Part shown: piece by piece, positions 50,166 to 62,650 of the stretch | Layout: each line of letters starts with the position of its first letter | Numbering within the stretch: the first letter of the stretch is position 1 | Assembly: GCF_009834535.1 (NCBI RefSeq) | Contig: NC_045696.1 | Location: 76,200,001-76,264,000 of the forward strand | Origin: Camelus ferus | Taxonomy: Eukaryota | DNA: 64,000 nucleotides | Direction: 5' to 3' | The notes under the pieces: model-generated | What the model saw: only the letters and a program-made list of their open reading frames with translations | The model's database searches: none | Told to the model about the DNA's origin: nothing | Program-made: the position numbers and the translations under genes

Positions 50166-53100
50166 TGCTCCTCCTCCTCTCTCAAGGCTTTCTTTGGTAA
50201 AGGAGAAAAAAACCTATTAAATCCTTTTAGCAGTTCCGAAAATTGTTTACAAGTGATTTTTTCTGAAGGGGCCCCGGGTGTTTGCAAAGCACAGTTGGGT
50301 TATGTGAGATTTTAAAACGTTATTGAACACATTTGCTCTTGTGCAGAATGCATGTACAATTTCACAGAAGAATACTGGGGAGGGGGGCATTTTCTGTAAT
50401 TTTTTCACATATTTATTCAAAGTGCTAAGTGATACTGCATGCATGAACACAACTATTCTTTAAAATTTACCTTTTTCAGATTACATGTTACTATATACTC
50501 ACAACTTCCAATTTTCTACTGAAAATGCATTATACTATATGAACAAAATAATGTATTTTCTCTTTTGATGACATAACTGCTCTAAAACGAATTCAGTATT
50601 TACATCTTCTTTCAGTCAGCAACCATGACTCATAAGATGCAAGTAAGTTTTTGATATATTTGGGGAAGGATGTGTCTTATACACCTGCAAATGCAGTGAT
50701 GTATCTGGATCTGAATGTCCTTATCTACAAAAAGAACTGAACTCCAAGTCCCTTTAGCTCTGAAAGTCTACAATTAGTAATGGCTGTGCCGCAAAGACAA
50801 AGCAAGGTGATTAATTCAGCAGCATTTAAGAAAAAAAAAGTCACTGAAATTAGATTACCTTGGCAGGCAAAAGAAACCCTTCCACTGACTACCTAAAAGT
50901 CATTTTGCAAATACTAATTTCTTAAGTAACTAAAGAATAATGATGTATGCCTTTTTTCCTTAGAAAGGAAATTCCTTTAGAATTGAAGTTAGACTGAAGT
51001 TCCTTGAGGCTAGAACCAATGTTTTGAACTAAGAATGAAATTTCCCAAAACAGAATCAGGAGACATCTCTCATCCTACCAGACAAACAGCCTAACAATGG
51101 AAAAACATACCAAATCCATCAAACAGAACCCAGGTCTCAGAGCTCCAAGCCCAAAGATGGTTTCTTTCCATTGCAATGTTCTGCCATCAAGAAGTCCAAT
51201 GTGAGAAGCTTCTAGGGAGAGACAATGAATTACAATTAGGAGGAAGACATCCAAGGCCACTGTGATAGTCATGAGCTATATAAGGATCCTAAAGTGCTGG
51301 CACTGGCACTGCCAGCAATATTTCCTTAAGGAAATGCTCCCCAGCAAGGAAACTTTATAAAACACTTGGACTGAGCACTTGAGGATGGGGCCTGTGTTGG
51401 CTGACATTTGCTCTGAGACCCTTCGCTACAGAGCCTGGTAGCACCCAGGTGAGCACTCATCTTGAGCAGACAGCGCTGGCCCAGTGCTATAAGGCAGCTC
51501 TAGGGATCTGGGGACCAGAGCAGTAATGCTCTCAGAGGTGGCATGCACATTCTCAGTTTCCAATTCTGTGTTGTCAGAACTGAAGGGAAACAGTGAGAAA
51601 CGACTTAGCCGCTTTTCCAGATGCTTTTGACCAAGCAGCATATATAAAAAAGAAAATCTGACTTGACAAAAGCAACAAAGAGAGAAATAGGTTCTATTTG
51701 CCCATTAATTTTAGCTGGAATGTGGTCTACTGATTATTTTAAAAAAATACTAACATAGCTTTTCTGTTTCCCTGTTGTACGCTAGCAATTTCATTCAGTC
51801 CAAGAGTCTTAAGACTGGCTGTTAGAAGCCTAGGGTTTTCATCCCTAGTCACCACCATCTCCTGGCCTTGGCCTTTGACTTCTTACTGCTTCACTGTGGC
51901 TCACTACAATGTCATTTTTAATTACTGTCCTTCCCTACATCAAACGAATGCTGTGAGGACAAATGAGATGGCTCAATGTTACCTACTTTTCTATCCATAT
52001 GATGCTCTGATTTGCAAAGACCACATTGGGTTCTGGACTGGAAAACTACAGGGTTGTGCCAGAAATGAAAGGAATCAGAATGCAACCAGGTGGAAACCCA
52101 GTAGGACACAGAGGCAGAGATCCAGGCCAGGGTTGGAACACTGAACTGGCCACAATCTCACATATCAAGGTTATGCCCAGTCCCCCAAAGTACACATTTG
52201 TGTGGTACATCTGTGAACATCTTGGAGTCATTCGGGACTCAATTGTATCATTGTTTGAACTGTCAGGTGCAAAATCAGAGGAATTATGCTACAGAGATTT
52301 TCTTCCTTTTACCACGGAGTATTTTTCTTTGTGTTGGCCAGGCCTTGAGTCCCTCTTTATTGCCAAAGTTCTTATAATGACTGAACAAATCATTTTAATT
52401 CACTTGGGTCCAACTAAGTTACTTTTGCAGCCCCTTCTGGCTTTGGCAAATCCAAGGGAACTTAAGCAGCCAGGCAACAGGAATGAAGTCCTCAAATGGG
52501 GCTGAACAACGCGGCCCTCCTCCCTTTACACCCAGTCTCTCTCTCCCTTCCTTTCCAGTTGTACTTATCACCTCCCAAAGTCCCAGAAGTGTCTCCCACC
52601 ATTGACACCCATGAGGAAACCAGCAGAAGGGGTAGGATGGGAGCAATGCTGCTCTTTGTCACTGTTAATTATGAGCTGGTTATCTGATCTGCTGTGACTT
52701 GCTCTTTCTGGAAAGGTCTGCATAATTTGGCAAAAGAATTCCAAGATTCTCATTTATTGTAAATCACGCCTTTGCCAATGGCTTTTGTCAGGGCTCCCGA
52801 TTTCACCTCATGTCTCTGCTCTCCACTTTTGCAAATGCACTCATCTGTGAAAATGAATTAAACAGATTAAAAAGCAGCTTTTCTTATTCACTGGAATAAA
52901 AATGGACAAATGCAGACATGGCACATCCTCATATGCAACTCCACGAAAAAAAATTACTTCAAACAGGAGGGTAGCCTGACTCTCCAGGGGAAACAAACCC
53001 AGAGAACACTCTATGACTCAAGTTAAACTGGTCCTGTAATCTAGAGTGACATTCTACTTAATGACAGCCCACAATGATAATCCAATTACTAGGCTTTCAA

Positions 53101-54011
53101 CAAACTCATACCATAATGACATCATACATTCTTGTAATTAAAGTTGATATTTATATAAAGTGGTTCTTCCTCTTTTTAGAGAGAGAAACATAATGTTAAA
53201 TAACTCTCATCTTATTGAGATCTCTCAGTTCACAAATCTGTAGATCCAAAACATTCAAAATGAGTGTTTACAGCTGCATGTTATCCTTAACAGATGAAGA
53301 TTCTAGGTGCCATTTTGACCCCACCTGCCAGACCAGGACTAAGCTAAAAGCAACTTCCACAGGAACGCTTGGAGTGTCCCAGAGCACCACCATGGTACAA
53401 CATGGGGGCTGAAGTCATTGGAGACCTTGCACATTTCAGACAAGTGGCACCGTTGAGGATTCCAGGACTGCCACACTGCACAGCTCCAGCAAGCAGCACT
53501 CACACGGAGGCGTCACATGTCTGGTGACCTCCAGAGATGGAATGCAGACTGTATGTGCAAACTAAACAGTAGCCTTGAATGTCTTTATGAAAGAATTCAC
53601 ACTTTGGTTTTCTTGTTTATTTGCTTAATGTTGTTTGCTTCCTGTAGAGGAAGGGCTAGTGGAAGCAGAGAGGAGAGGAAGCACACTTTGTTACCCAAGC
53701 AACGAGCCACCCTCACCACCCCTTGAAGCTCTGGTTCTTAATTTAAAATGAAGTTTGCAAGGTTTGGTAGCCAAAGTTCCCTCATCTCTGTGCTAGATAA
53801 TCTGATCTTCCGCTCCAGGGTTTGTCATGAAGAATAAATGAGTTAAAGCATGAATATTTTACAGTTCTGTACCTAGAGAATGGTTAAGTGCTCATTTAAG
53901 AGTAGTTATTTTTGCCATTGTGATTACTCATACTATTATTTCCTAAATAAGTTTAGATGAATAGAACATGAAACCACGGGTCTCACAACAAGCAGCAAGA
54001 AAGAGTTTCCC

Positions 54012-54516
54012 AGGGGAGAGTATAGCTTAAGTGGTAGAGTGCATGTTCAGCATGCACAAAGTCCTGGGTTTGATCCCTAGTACCTCCTCTAAAAATAAAT
54101 AAACCTGATTACCTCCTCCCCTAAAAACCAAAATAAACAAACAAACAAACAAATAAATAAATAAAATACAATAGCAAATAAATAAAATATTTTAGAAACA
54201 CAGCCTCTCAAGCCCCACCTTCCCCATAACCAGATATTGAGGCCAGGCTTGGTAAGCCTGAGTGACAGCAATACATCCTAAACATGACATGTCCATGGGC
54301 TACCCAAGGGAATTTTATTGCAAAAACATGAACAACACTAATATTCCTATAATTTCAATCACTGAGTTATACACCGATTATTGATTTCTAATCGTAACAG
54401 GGTCAGAAAAAAAATGGTCTGTATGCTACTTATTCTTCGGCTGATGGGGTTTATTTTTGCCGAAGTATTTTAATAAAGACTGCATGTTATCCGGGAAAAA
54501 AAAAAAAAAAAAAAAA
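54012..54516 (+). mobile_element. tRNA-Ala SINE (54013-~54189) plus ~305 bp unique 3' segment plus A21, all inside one TSD
   Basis: TSD AAGAGTTTCCC at 54001-54011 and 54518-54528; AATAAA 54472-54477; A21 54496-54516. Confidence 0.8.
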
Positions 54517-54687
54517 GAAGAGTTTCCCTCTTGCAGATGGGTAAAAGCATAGCTGAAGCCAGCGTCATCACAACACAGCAGCTCTTCAATGAACCAGCTC
54601 AGGACTCTCAGGAATATTGGCACAGTGACACAAGGTACTGAATCCTCTGCATTCACTTGTCATTTTAAACTTCTCACATATCTGTTT

Positions 54688-54880
54688 GCAATGTTTCTCA
54701 TTTTGGGTGCAGCCAGGTATTATGTGCACTGTCCTGTGTACTGCAAGACATTTAGCATCCTTGGCCCCCTTCCACTAATACCAGTAACTACCCAGTCCTT
54801 GCAACAACCCAAATAGCATCACACACATTTCCAATTGCTGCTCAGGAGACAGAACTACCCCATTTTTTGGTAGAGCAATT
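54688..54880 (+). mobile_element. MER20-like hAT element
   Basis: CTGTCCTGTGTACTGCAAGACATTTAGCATCCTTGGCCCC..CCACTAATACCAGTA..ACAACCCAAA. Confidence 0.6.
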
Positions 54881-56065
54881 ATCACTATGTCCACTTTACA
54901 ATGGAAGAGAACTGAGGCATAAAGAGTGACTGACCACGTTAATCAGAGAACACAGACAGTAGAAACAAACAGGAAATGATTTATGTATGTCACAAGCAGT
55001 GATGAAGTGGGATGAGGGGAGGGAAATTACTCTTTTCTAATTACACAGGAACCCCTTGTAGACATTCACCACAGTGAAAATTCAGTCATGATGAGTTACT
55101 GCTAATGACAGGAATGTGTTATATTCCTTAAGGTCTGAAGACCAAAAAAGGTAAAAGTGCTGAAAAGAACTCAAATTTTCTTTCAGTGTACTTGGGGGCA
55201 GAGTAAAGGGGAGAAATCACAAGTCTGAAACACCTCAATACAAGGAAAGCAAATCCCTCAACACCCCAGTTTCATCTCGGGACTTTAATACCTGTCAGCC
55301 ATATGTCACAAAACTGTATAGATCAGCACCCAGTGAAAGCCTGTATAATTTGTAATCCTCTTTAAGTGATATTAACATCCTATTTCCTCTCAGCCTCTCA
55401 TTCTGTCATTGGTAGTATAGCATTTAGAAGCCTTTTTTTTTTTTTTTGAAAGTCTTTACCACTGTTTTATTGAAGTCAGTGAAAAAGTACAATTCTACAT
55501 GATGAAATTCATGACACAGCCAACGCTTCAGGAACATGCCTATCTTCAAGTAAGGAGAGACACCTAAGCTGTGCTCCCTCAGCTTTGTGTAAAGAGGAGT
55601 AAACGGTGGTGTCCTGTGCCTATGTAGGGAGCACAGCTGGTTCAGTCCTGGGGCTTCATTTTGAGCCTCTGAATAAATTTCCTAGCTTGAAAGGAAGCTG
55701 TGGCTTCTGCTTTGCAATGAGCTCAGGCTTTCTTCGTTGGAAGTCTTCAGAGCTGAAAGCCAGGTTTGACCTGAGGTGATCCATGACTTTTTCCTGGGTA
55801 CTTTGGACCCTATGTATGAAAGGACACCTGAGCGTTTGCTAAGGGAAACAGAAGCTTCTGAACTCATTTGTGTGCTAGCAAAGGCTTGGCTTCCATGCAG
55901 GATCATGCACGATGAGCCTAACTTTTCCTTTATTTTTTTTTTCCCCACATCTAGCTGTTCTTTTCATTGCTTAGTTAAAAAAAAAAAAACATTCAAAAGT
56001 GTCGAAAAATTATAAATGTGATGCTAGGATCATAGAAAACATTTAGAATGATTTCAGCAAATCTT

Positions 56066-56152
56066 GGAGGGAGGGTATAGCTCACTGGTAGAGCACATGC
56101 TTAGCATGCACAAGGTCTTGGGCTTAATCCCCAGTACCTCCATTTAAAAAAA
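56066..56152 (+). mobile_element. tRNA-Ala(AGC)-derived SINE (vic-1-like, short form)
   Basis: GGGAGGGTATAGCTCACTGGTAGAGCACATGCTTAGCATGCACAAGGTCTTGGGCTTAATCCCCAGTACCTCCA plus A-tail; TSD GATTTCAGCAAATCT 56050-56064 / 56171-56185. Confidence 0.88.
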
Positions 56153-56859
56153 TTTCAGCAAATTTCAGTAGATTTCAGCAAATCTACTATACACACCCAT
56201 ACACACATACACACTGACTATGGGGACAGAGAAGTGGGAGAAGGGAGGATGGAAGTAATAATGTCTGCATTTAATTCCAAAACATTAAAAAGTTTCAAAA
56301 TCACATGCCTCATTTTCAAGTCAAGAAATATTTCTGGAACACCAATCATCCATGGGCCAACTACCAGGGGATGGGGTGTGTGAGGTGCTGAGGAAGAGAG
56401 TTGGAGGGGACAAGAGAGATCAAAAGCAATTAACACCAGTCCCTGGAATATGCAGAGCACTAGAGTTGGTGTGGGAAGGGCTAACGACACCTCTCAAACT
56501 TTTCCAGGCTTCCAGAAGCCTGCTGTCTAGCTGGAGGATGAGGAACACTGATGGAATAAAAAAGGAAAAAAAGAAAGAAAACCTCACAGACAACAAGTGG
56601 TAATAGTAAGTCAGAGAAAGGAAAGATTTCCTAAGAGACATTTAGGACATCTGACCTTCAGCAACCCTCAGGAGGCTCCTAATATCTAATGGTAAAGGAG
56701 CCAAATGCCATTTTAAAAATGGGAACATGTACCAATTTATTGTAGAAAATCCTATTTTAAAGGTATTCATTCTCAAATATTTATGGGGCATCTAATAAGC
56801 CAGCACTGGAGAAATACAGATACATTTGTCTGGGTCCGGGCATTCAAATTACTTGCTGA

Positions 56860-57332
56860 TTTCATAGATTAAATATTGTTCCTACTCCTCACTCCCTCCT
56901 TATAGAAGGAATATTCACCCATGCTCTTTGCCACATGACCTAACAGGAATATGACATCACAGAAAGTGGAGTGTATTTCTCCACTCCATTACTGTTGAGT
57001 TTGACCACATGACTTGCTTAAGCCAATGGAGCTTTAAAGCATGTGACACAAGCCAAGGTTTTAAGTGTGTTGGCATAATTTGTCTTGGCCTCTTGCCTTA
57101 TCCATTATCTTAAGAAGAAGTTGCTCTAAAACCATAGATTCAAAGAGATAAGAAGCATACAGAGGATACTTATTGTCAGTTCTCAAACTAGAGTCCCACC
57201 TGAGCCCGGCTTTGATCAGCCAAACCACAGCAGGTCTACAGAGCCAAAAGAGAAATGTTTGTGGTTGTAAGCCACTAAGAACTGGGGGTTGTTAGTTTTG
57301 TAGCATTATTGCAATAATGGCTTATTAATACA
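56860..57332 (+). mobile_element. MLT1G/H-type MaLR LTR
   Basis: TTTGACCACATGACTTGCTTAAGCCAATGG..GGTTGTAAGCCACTAAGA..GCATTATTG..TTAATACA; 5' boundary approximate. Confidence 0.7.
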
Positions 57333-57390
57333 CTGACCAATGGTATATTCACCTTAAACTACAACATATACAAAACTTGTTAGTGCCTTC

Positions 57391-57483
57391 TAGGGCAGCC
57401 AATCCTCCCAGTTTGCCCAGGACTGTCTATTTTAAAATTGAAAGTCCAGCATCCCAGATAAACTGGGACAGCTGGTCAGTCCA
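57391..57483 (+). mobile_element. MER81-like hAT-Blackjack MITE
   Basis: TAGGGCAGCCAA..CCAGTTTGCCCAGGACTGTC..AAACTGGGACAGCTGGTCAGTCCA; perfect 8-bp TSD GTGCCTTC 57383-57390 / 57484-57491. Confidence 0.85.
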
Positions 57484-57816
57484 GTGCCTTCCCACCTCTG
57501 ATTTCTGAATTCTTTCTGCCTGTTGGGACTAGCCATACCTCTGCTATAAATGTCCAGGGTACTTATTCTGCACTGATTTTTCTCGCTTGCCTAGACTCCC
57601 ACCCACCACTTCTGCAGCTCCCCAGCTGAGTCTGCCCTATGAACAACCCAAGTATCAGATCCACAGATCTTGTTTTTCTTCAAATCTCACCTATCTCCAG
57701 TAATTACTAGCTGCTGGTAAAGTTTATTTACCACAAGTTGTTAATGGGGATATATTACTCTAAAACATGTTTCTTTAAAAAACAAACATAACTCCTGGAG
57801 TGGCAATACCTTAACC

Positions 57817-57960
57817 CAGGGTTGGCAGATACAAGTGCTGCCATTATCCGCAACCTATACCCATGGCAGACATCAGTAATCAATTATGACAGTCTTCCCC
57901 ATTAAGCCCAGATATGCATTCAAATTCCTGCTCAACATAGTGCTTTTGGTAACCATTTCA
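57817..57960 (+). mobile_element. hAT-Charlie-type MER fragment (family uncertain)
   Basis: CAGGGTTGGCAGATAC start and CCCATGGCAGACATCAGTAATCAAT motif. Confidence 0.45.
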
Positions 57961-58799
57961 AATATATTCAAGTTGGAACACAAAATGAATCCCATATGTC
58001 AACCCTGCCTTAGGCCAGGAAAAAATGTAATTCTAATGGTGGGAACTTCACCTGATTCTACTTTTGAGAGGTGGGGTGGAGGCATAGAGTAAGCAGTAAA
58101 TTGAGAACCAAGCAGTCAGGAATCCATTTCTGTGACTCTGATCAAGTTATGGCAAATACCTTAAGCCTTTTAAACTTTCATTTACGTATCTCCAAAACTG
58201 GGAGAAACATACATACAAAATTACAGAAAAACATTTTAATAAGGCCTAGCTGAATGAGAATTACTCTATCACAGGGATTCACTATAACTTACCTAAAGCA
58301 TTTAGCCTGATACCCGTCACATTACGAGTGGTCTGCAAATGGCAGTGGCCATTAAATATTATTAAAGTTATAACTGCATCAATTGCCTAAACTATCTGAA
58401 GAAAGACCCTGTATAAGGAGGATGACACCCCTGGCCTCTAGGAAATGGGCAGCCAAGGAGGATTACCAGCCCTCTGGATGCTGGAAATGTGCACCCCTGT
58501 GAGAAGGGGTGGTCATTAGGCTCTTCTTGCCTGGATCAGAATCAGCTAACACGCTTCATTCTTTCAGGTGGCTCAACACTAGGAGGGATGGTCTGCACTG
58601 GGTAGCCCAGGAGAAGGGCACAGGGTTGACACAGCTGCCCCTGGGAGTGTGTGTGTGTGTGTCCAGGTCAGTGATCCAGCCAACTCTGAGGCTGGTGACA
58701 ATTCTGAGATCTGGACCCACCACTTCTATGTGAGTGGTCCTGTAGTAGAGAGGTCCCTGCACCAGAATGATGCCACCACTTCCATGAGGCAAGCAAGTA

Positions 58800-59466
58800 T
58801 CTCTCAGGACAGCTCTGTAGATTTCATTTACATGATATACTGGAAAAGGAAAACAATAGGAATGGAAAATATCAATGTTGCCAAAGGCTGGGGTCAGAGA
58901 AGGGGACTGACTAGAAAGGGGCACAAGAGAAATTTGGGGGTGATGGAAATTGCTATGAGCTGAACTGTCTCCTGCAAATATGTTGAAGTCCCTAACCCTT
59001 CAATTATTTGGAGATGGGGCCTTTAAAGAGATGACTAAGTTAAATGAGGACACTAGGGCAGGCCCTAATCCAGTATGACTGGTGTCCTTATAAGAACAGG
59101 AAATTTGGGCACTGGAGTCACCAGGGTATGCCTACACAGAGGAAAGACCGTGTGAGGACACAGCAAGAAGGTGCCATTTGCTAGTAAGGAAGGAGGTCTC
59201 AGAAGAAACCCAAACTGCCTACACCTTGATTTTGGACTTCCAGCCTCTGTAACTGTGAGAAAACACATTTCTGTTGTTTAAGTCACCTACTCTGTGGTAT
59301 TCTGTAGTGGCAGCCTTGGAAAACTAATACAGATATAGTCTATATTTTTATTGTGATGGCGATTACATGTTTATGTTACATTTGTCAAAACTCATATAAT
59401 TGTGTACCTACAAAGGGTAGCTTTCACTGTACATAGATCATACCCTAATAAGCCTGACTTTAAAAA
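58800..59466 (+). mobile_element. Old LINE-1 (L1MC/MD-like) 3' end, split by MLT1
   Basis: GTTGCCAAAGGCTGGGG..TTTGGGGGTGATGGAAAT|..TACATTTGTCAAAACTCAT..CTAATAAGCCTGACTTTAAAAA. Confidence 0.75.
58951..59331 (+). mobile_element. MLT1B-type MaLR solo LTR
   Basis: TGCTATGAGCTGAACTGT..CCCTAATCCAGTATGACTGGTGTCCTTATAAGAA..AAAACTAATACA; TSD GAAAT / GATAT. Confidence 0.9.
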
Positions 59467-61214
59467 TGCTACTAGTCAGATTCTTAAAGTTTGGCAGAAA
59501 AAAGGATATCTCTTTGAAGAATTTCCTAAATAGGACTGTTTTTGAAAAAAATTCACATTTAAATAGAATTAAATAATTAAAAAGCAAATAACATTCTTAA
59601 AGCTTTATTTTGTTTAGTTTTTCCAATGCAAACAAACAGTTCTACAATGCTGGTAACGATGATATAATGTAATTTCTATTATTATGGCTTTTTGTATTAT
59701 TTATTTGTCTATAAATATATGCTGGTTCAAACAGGACATAAATCCTTGAAGCCAGGGAGCTAATCTACTATCTATGAATATTAACATTAACCATCAATCC
59801 ATAGCCCTATTTATTTGAAGGTTCTTAATTATTTAGTTCATAAAATTATCAACATTCATGATTAATAATTGAAATATTCTATCTTACAACAATAAATATA
59901 TATTTGTTTTTAAATGGAGATTTCAATATATAAAGAACATTACATGGAGAATGTTTACAAGTACTTTTATGTGGTTATCCAGATGGACATGCTTTGTACC
60001 TATTACTGATTTTTTATGCCGATTATACATGATGATAACTAATACATACGATTGTTCAGTCATTGATCATCCCAAGTTTAGAGATGTCATCAACAACACT
60101 GAAGTGGGGCACTTGGTTACTCAGCCTTAAAGGCCATGGTCAAGACAAAGCTAAAGCCAAATAGACAATGTGGCCAAATACTCTACTCAGGTTGAAGCAA
60201 AAATTTAGTGCATTTCTATTGAATTGAACTACAGTATAATAAGTTAATCAGACTGAAAATAAAAAGGTAATCCATAAATACAAAAAGACATACTCATTGT
60301 ATCAGATGAGAAAAAGCATCTGACCTTAAAAACATGAAATTCTCATTCATACAGACAAACAAGTCCATGCTCAGGGCACCATCACTGCAATAATCCTAAA
60401 CATCCAGTCTTCCAGTTCCAAAAACTCAGCCTCCTGTATGTAACTGATCCTTTCCTTGATAGGTTTCTGAAGCTACAGTTCAGAAAATATTGAAGTAGAG
60501 TTTCAAGGGAGTCACTCTGCCCTTTCCTTTTTCCTGCCTAGAGATTTCTTTTGGGAACTCTTGATAATTTACAAGAAATTTTCAGCCAGGCAGCCCTGCC
60601 AGCAGGACTGGCACCCTTCCTGGGCCCGCCTGTAACTTCATGATGAATGCTTTAATAATCTGCCTGTTTGCTGCCTCTCACCCTTCAGTGCTTTGCTCTA
60701 AAGACATTTGTGTTTTTTAAATCCAGTTGAGGAAAAAGCCCTGAACAAAGCTGCTTTTTCCTGTGTTTCTTTCCATGGGCTGCCCATGGGTCAGCATTTA
60801 GCTATGTCAATGCCTCAAAGCATAATTACTAGATGAGATATTTCCTCCTGAGGCAGCACAAGCTGTTTCCTTCTTTTGTAAGGTAAAATGTGTGCACTAT
60901 TCCATAATCAAACAAGTAGGGAAAATCGCTACTTAGCATATGCACAGCCCAGAACACAAATTCTAACACCAATTAGTAACAATATGAATTTAAGTCAGAA
61001 TAGTCAATTTGCTAGTAAGAAAATCCCAGGCAAGAAAACGTTTCTTCCTTTTCTACCATAACAACCCTCTTGCACAAATAATTGAGTGTCTGAGGGTTAG
61101 AGATCGTCTATTAATATTTTTAATTGCTTCCATGTATAGCCATTGTCTTCATAGCAGCACTACCTAGGGATCATGACATGGAAGCTAGTGAGAGCAACCC
61201 TAAAGCTAAGAGAG

Positions 61215-61400
61215 CACTCAGAGAAAGAGCACTGGAGTTGATCAAGTTCTAGTCCAGCTCTTCCTTGACCTAGCTATGAAGCACTGAGCAAGTTCCTTAA
61301 TCTCTCTGAGCCTCAGTTTTTTTGTTATACAATAACAAAAGTAACATGGAGAAGTCCTTTGGAAACTAAAGTGCCATTCAAATGCAGGAGACTAACAGTA
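61215..61400 (+). mobile_element. MIR SINE
   Basis: GAAAGAGCACTGGAGT..GAGCAAGTTCCTTAATCTCTCTGAGCCTCAGTTT. Confidence 0.7.
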
Positions 61401-62346
61401 ATAGAATCACAACATAGTTTCTCATCAAGCCTAAATAAAAGTGTGAGCACCGCAGTCCTAGTCTGGTGCTACAGTGTGGGTGCGGCTAAGAGACCAACAG
61501 AAATAGACCCTTACTGTGCTTCACCCCTGTGTCCTCACGAGAGCAATTTTCCTTTCCCTGCACCTTATGCTTTTGGAAATAAATTTTTCCAAAAATTATT
61601 TAAAGTCACAAAAAGAAGTCTCAGCCAGAGTATGCACACCTGCTTCTTCGTATACATGATGCTTCTCTTACAGGCACTGAATTCAAGATACAAAGGCTTA
61701 AAGACAGGTGGACATGCTCCTCATATTCTGAGGGGAATATGTAGTGGCATCCTTCACAGAAAATGAATTCTCTTAACTGGTCCCAGTTAGTATAATGTTA
61801 AGATTTACAAATTTATATTCTATTCCCTCTGATGAATGCATAGCAATATATGGTAGAGATAAAATCAATTAAAGATACTTTCAGGACCTTGGGAGACTGA
61901 GTTGTAAGAAGAAAGAGTCAAGTACTGAAACTCAGATGATGTATGTGAAGTAAAGAGAATGTGGGAGCTTTGTTCAACAAAGAAAAACATATTAGACAGA
62001 GGTAAAGGAAAAAAAGAGCTGAATAAAGTAAAGCTAAGAAAAATTTAGATAACATTTAAGACATATGACAAAAATTTGTTGAGTAAGTAACAATCTTAGG
62101 ACTACTGTCAGGGGTGTACTAGAGTTTAATTATTAAAATCTTCAAGAATCCATGGAATTCATGTAACAAGCCCTCGCTGAAACCTGTTATGGGTAGAACA
62201 CTGTGCTCACTGTGGAAGTAATATAGGAGAAGTGGCTGATGATCTGGGTTTCCAGCGCTGCCTCTGAGCCATTGGATCTTCAGCAAGGCACTCACTTCTC
62301 TGGTCCTGGTTTCTACATCTATAAGATGTGTGATTAGGCTAGATGA

Positions 62347-62650
62347 AAAGTAGCAAACTGGAGACCAACAGGCTGATCACTGAATGAGTCAAAGCTTAAA
62401 CATTTTGGACATATTACATAAAAATCTAGAATTCTAGATTTTCCTGAAAAGTTGGAGCACCTCCTCATGCTGGGTCAGCTTCCTGTATGGCTGCAATAGG
62501 TTAGAGCTGATTACCTGTGCCAGGGTACTCTCCCCTTTCCCTAGTGATGCCTGGGGCTGCCCAATGTCTGCCTCTGTGCCTCTTCCCTGCTCTGCTTCAC
62601 TCTCATGAATTACCTGCTTGGGCACCAGAGAATTTACACTTGTGACCCTG
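62347..62650 (-). mobile_element. MER102-like hAT element
   Basis: ATATTACATAAAAATCTAGAATTCTAGATTTTCCTGAAAA..TTACCTGCTTGGGCACC..TGTGACCCTG is the reverse of the type at 1228-1544. Confidence 0.6.

Noticed and set aside
54523..54641. Plus-strand exon or 34-codon ORF (MGKSIAEASV...) right after the TSD
   Set aside because: Acceptor-like TTTCCCTCTTGCAG and a weak donor AAG|GTACTG are present, but the peptide is unrecognised and it opposes the inferred gene strand.
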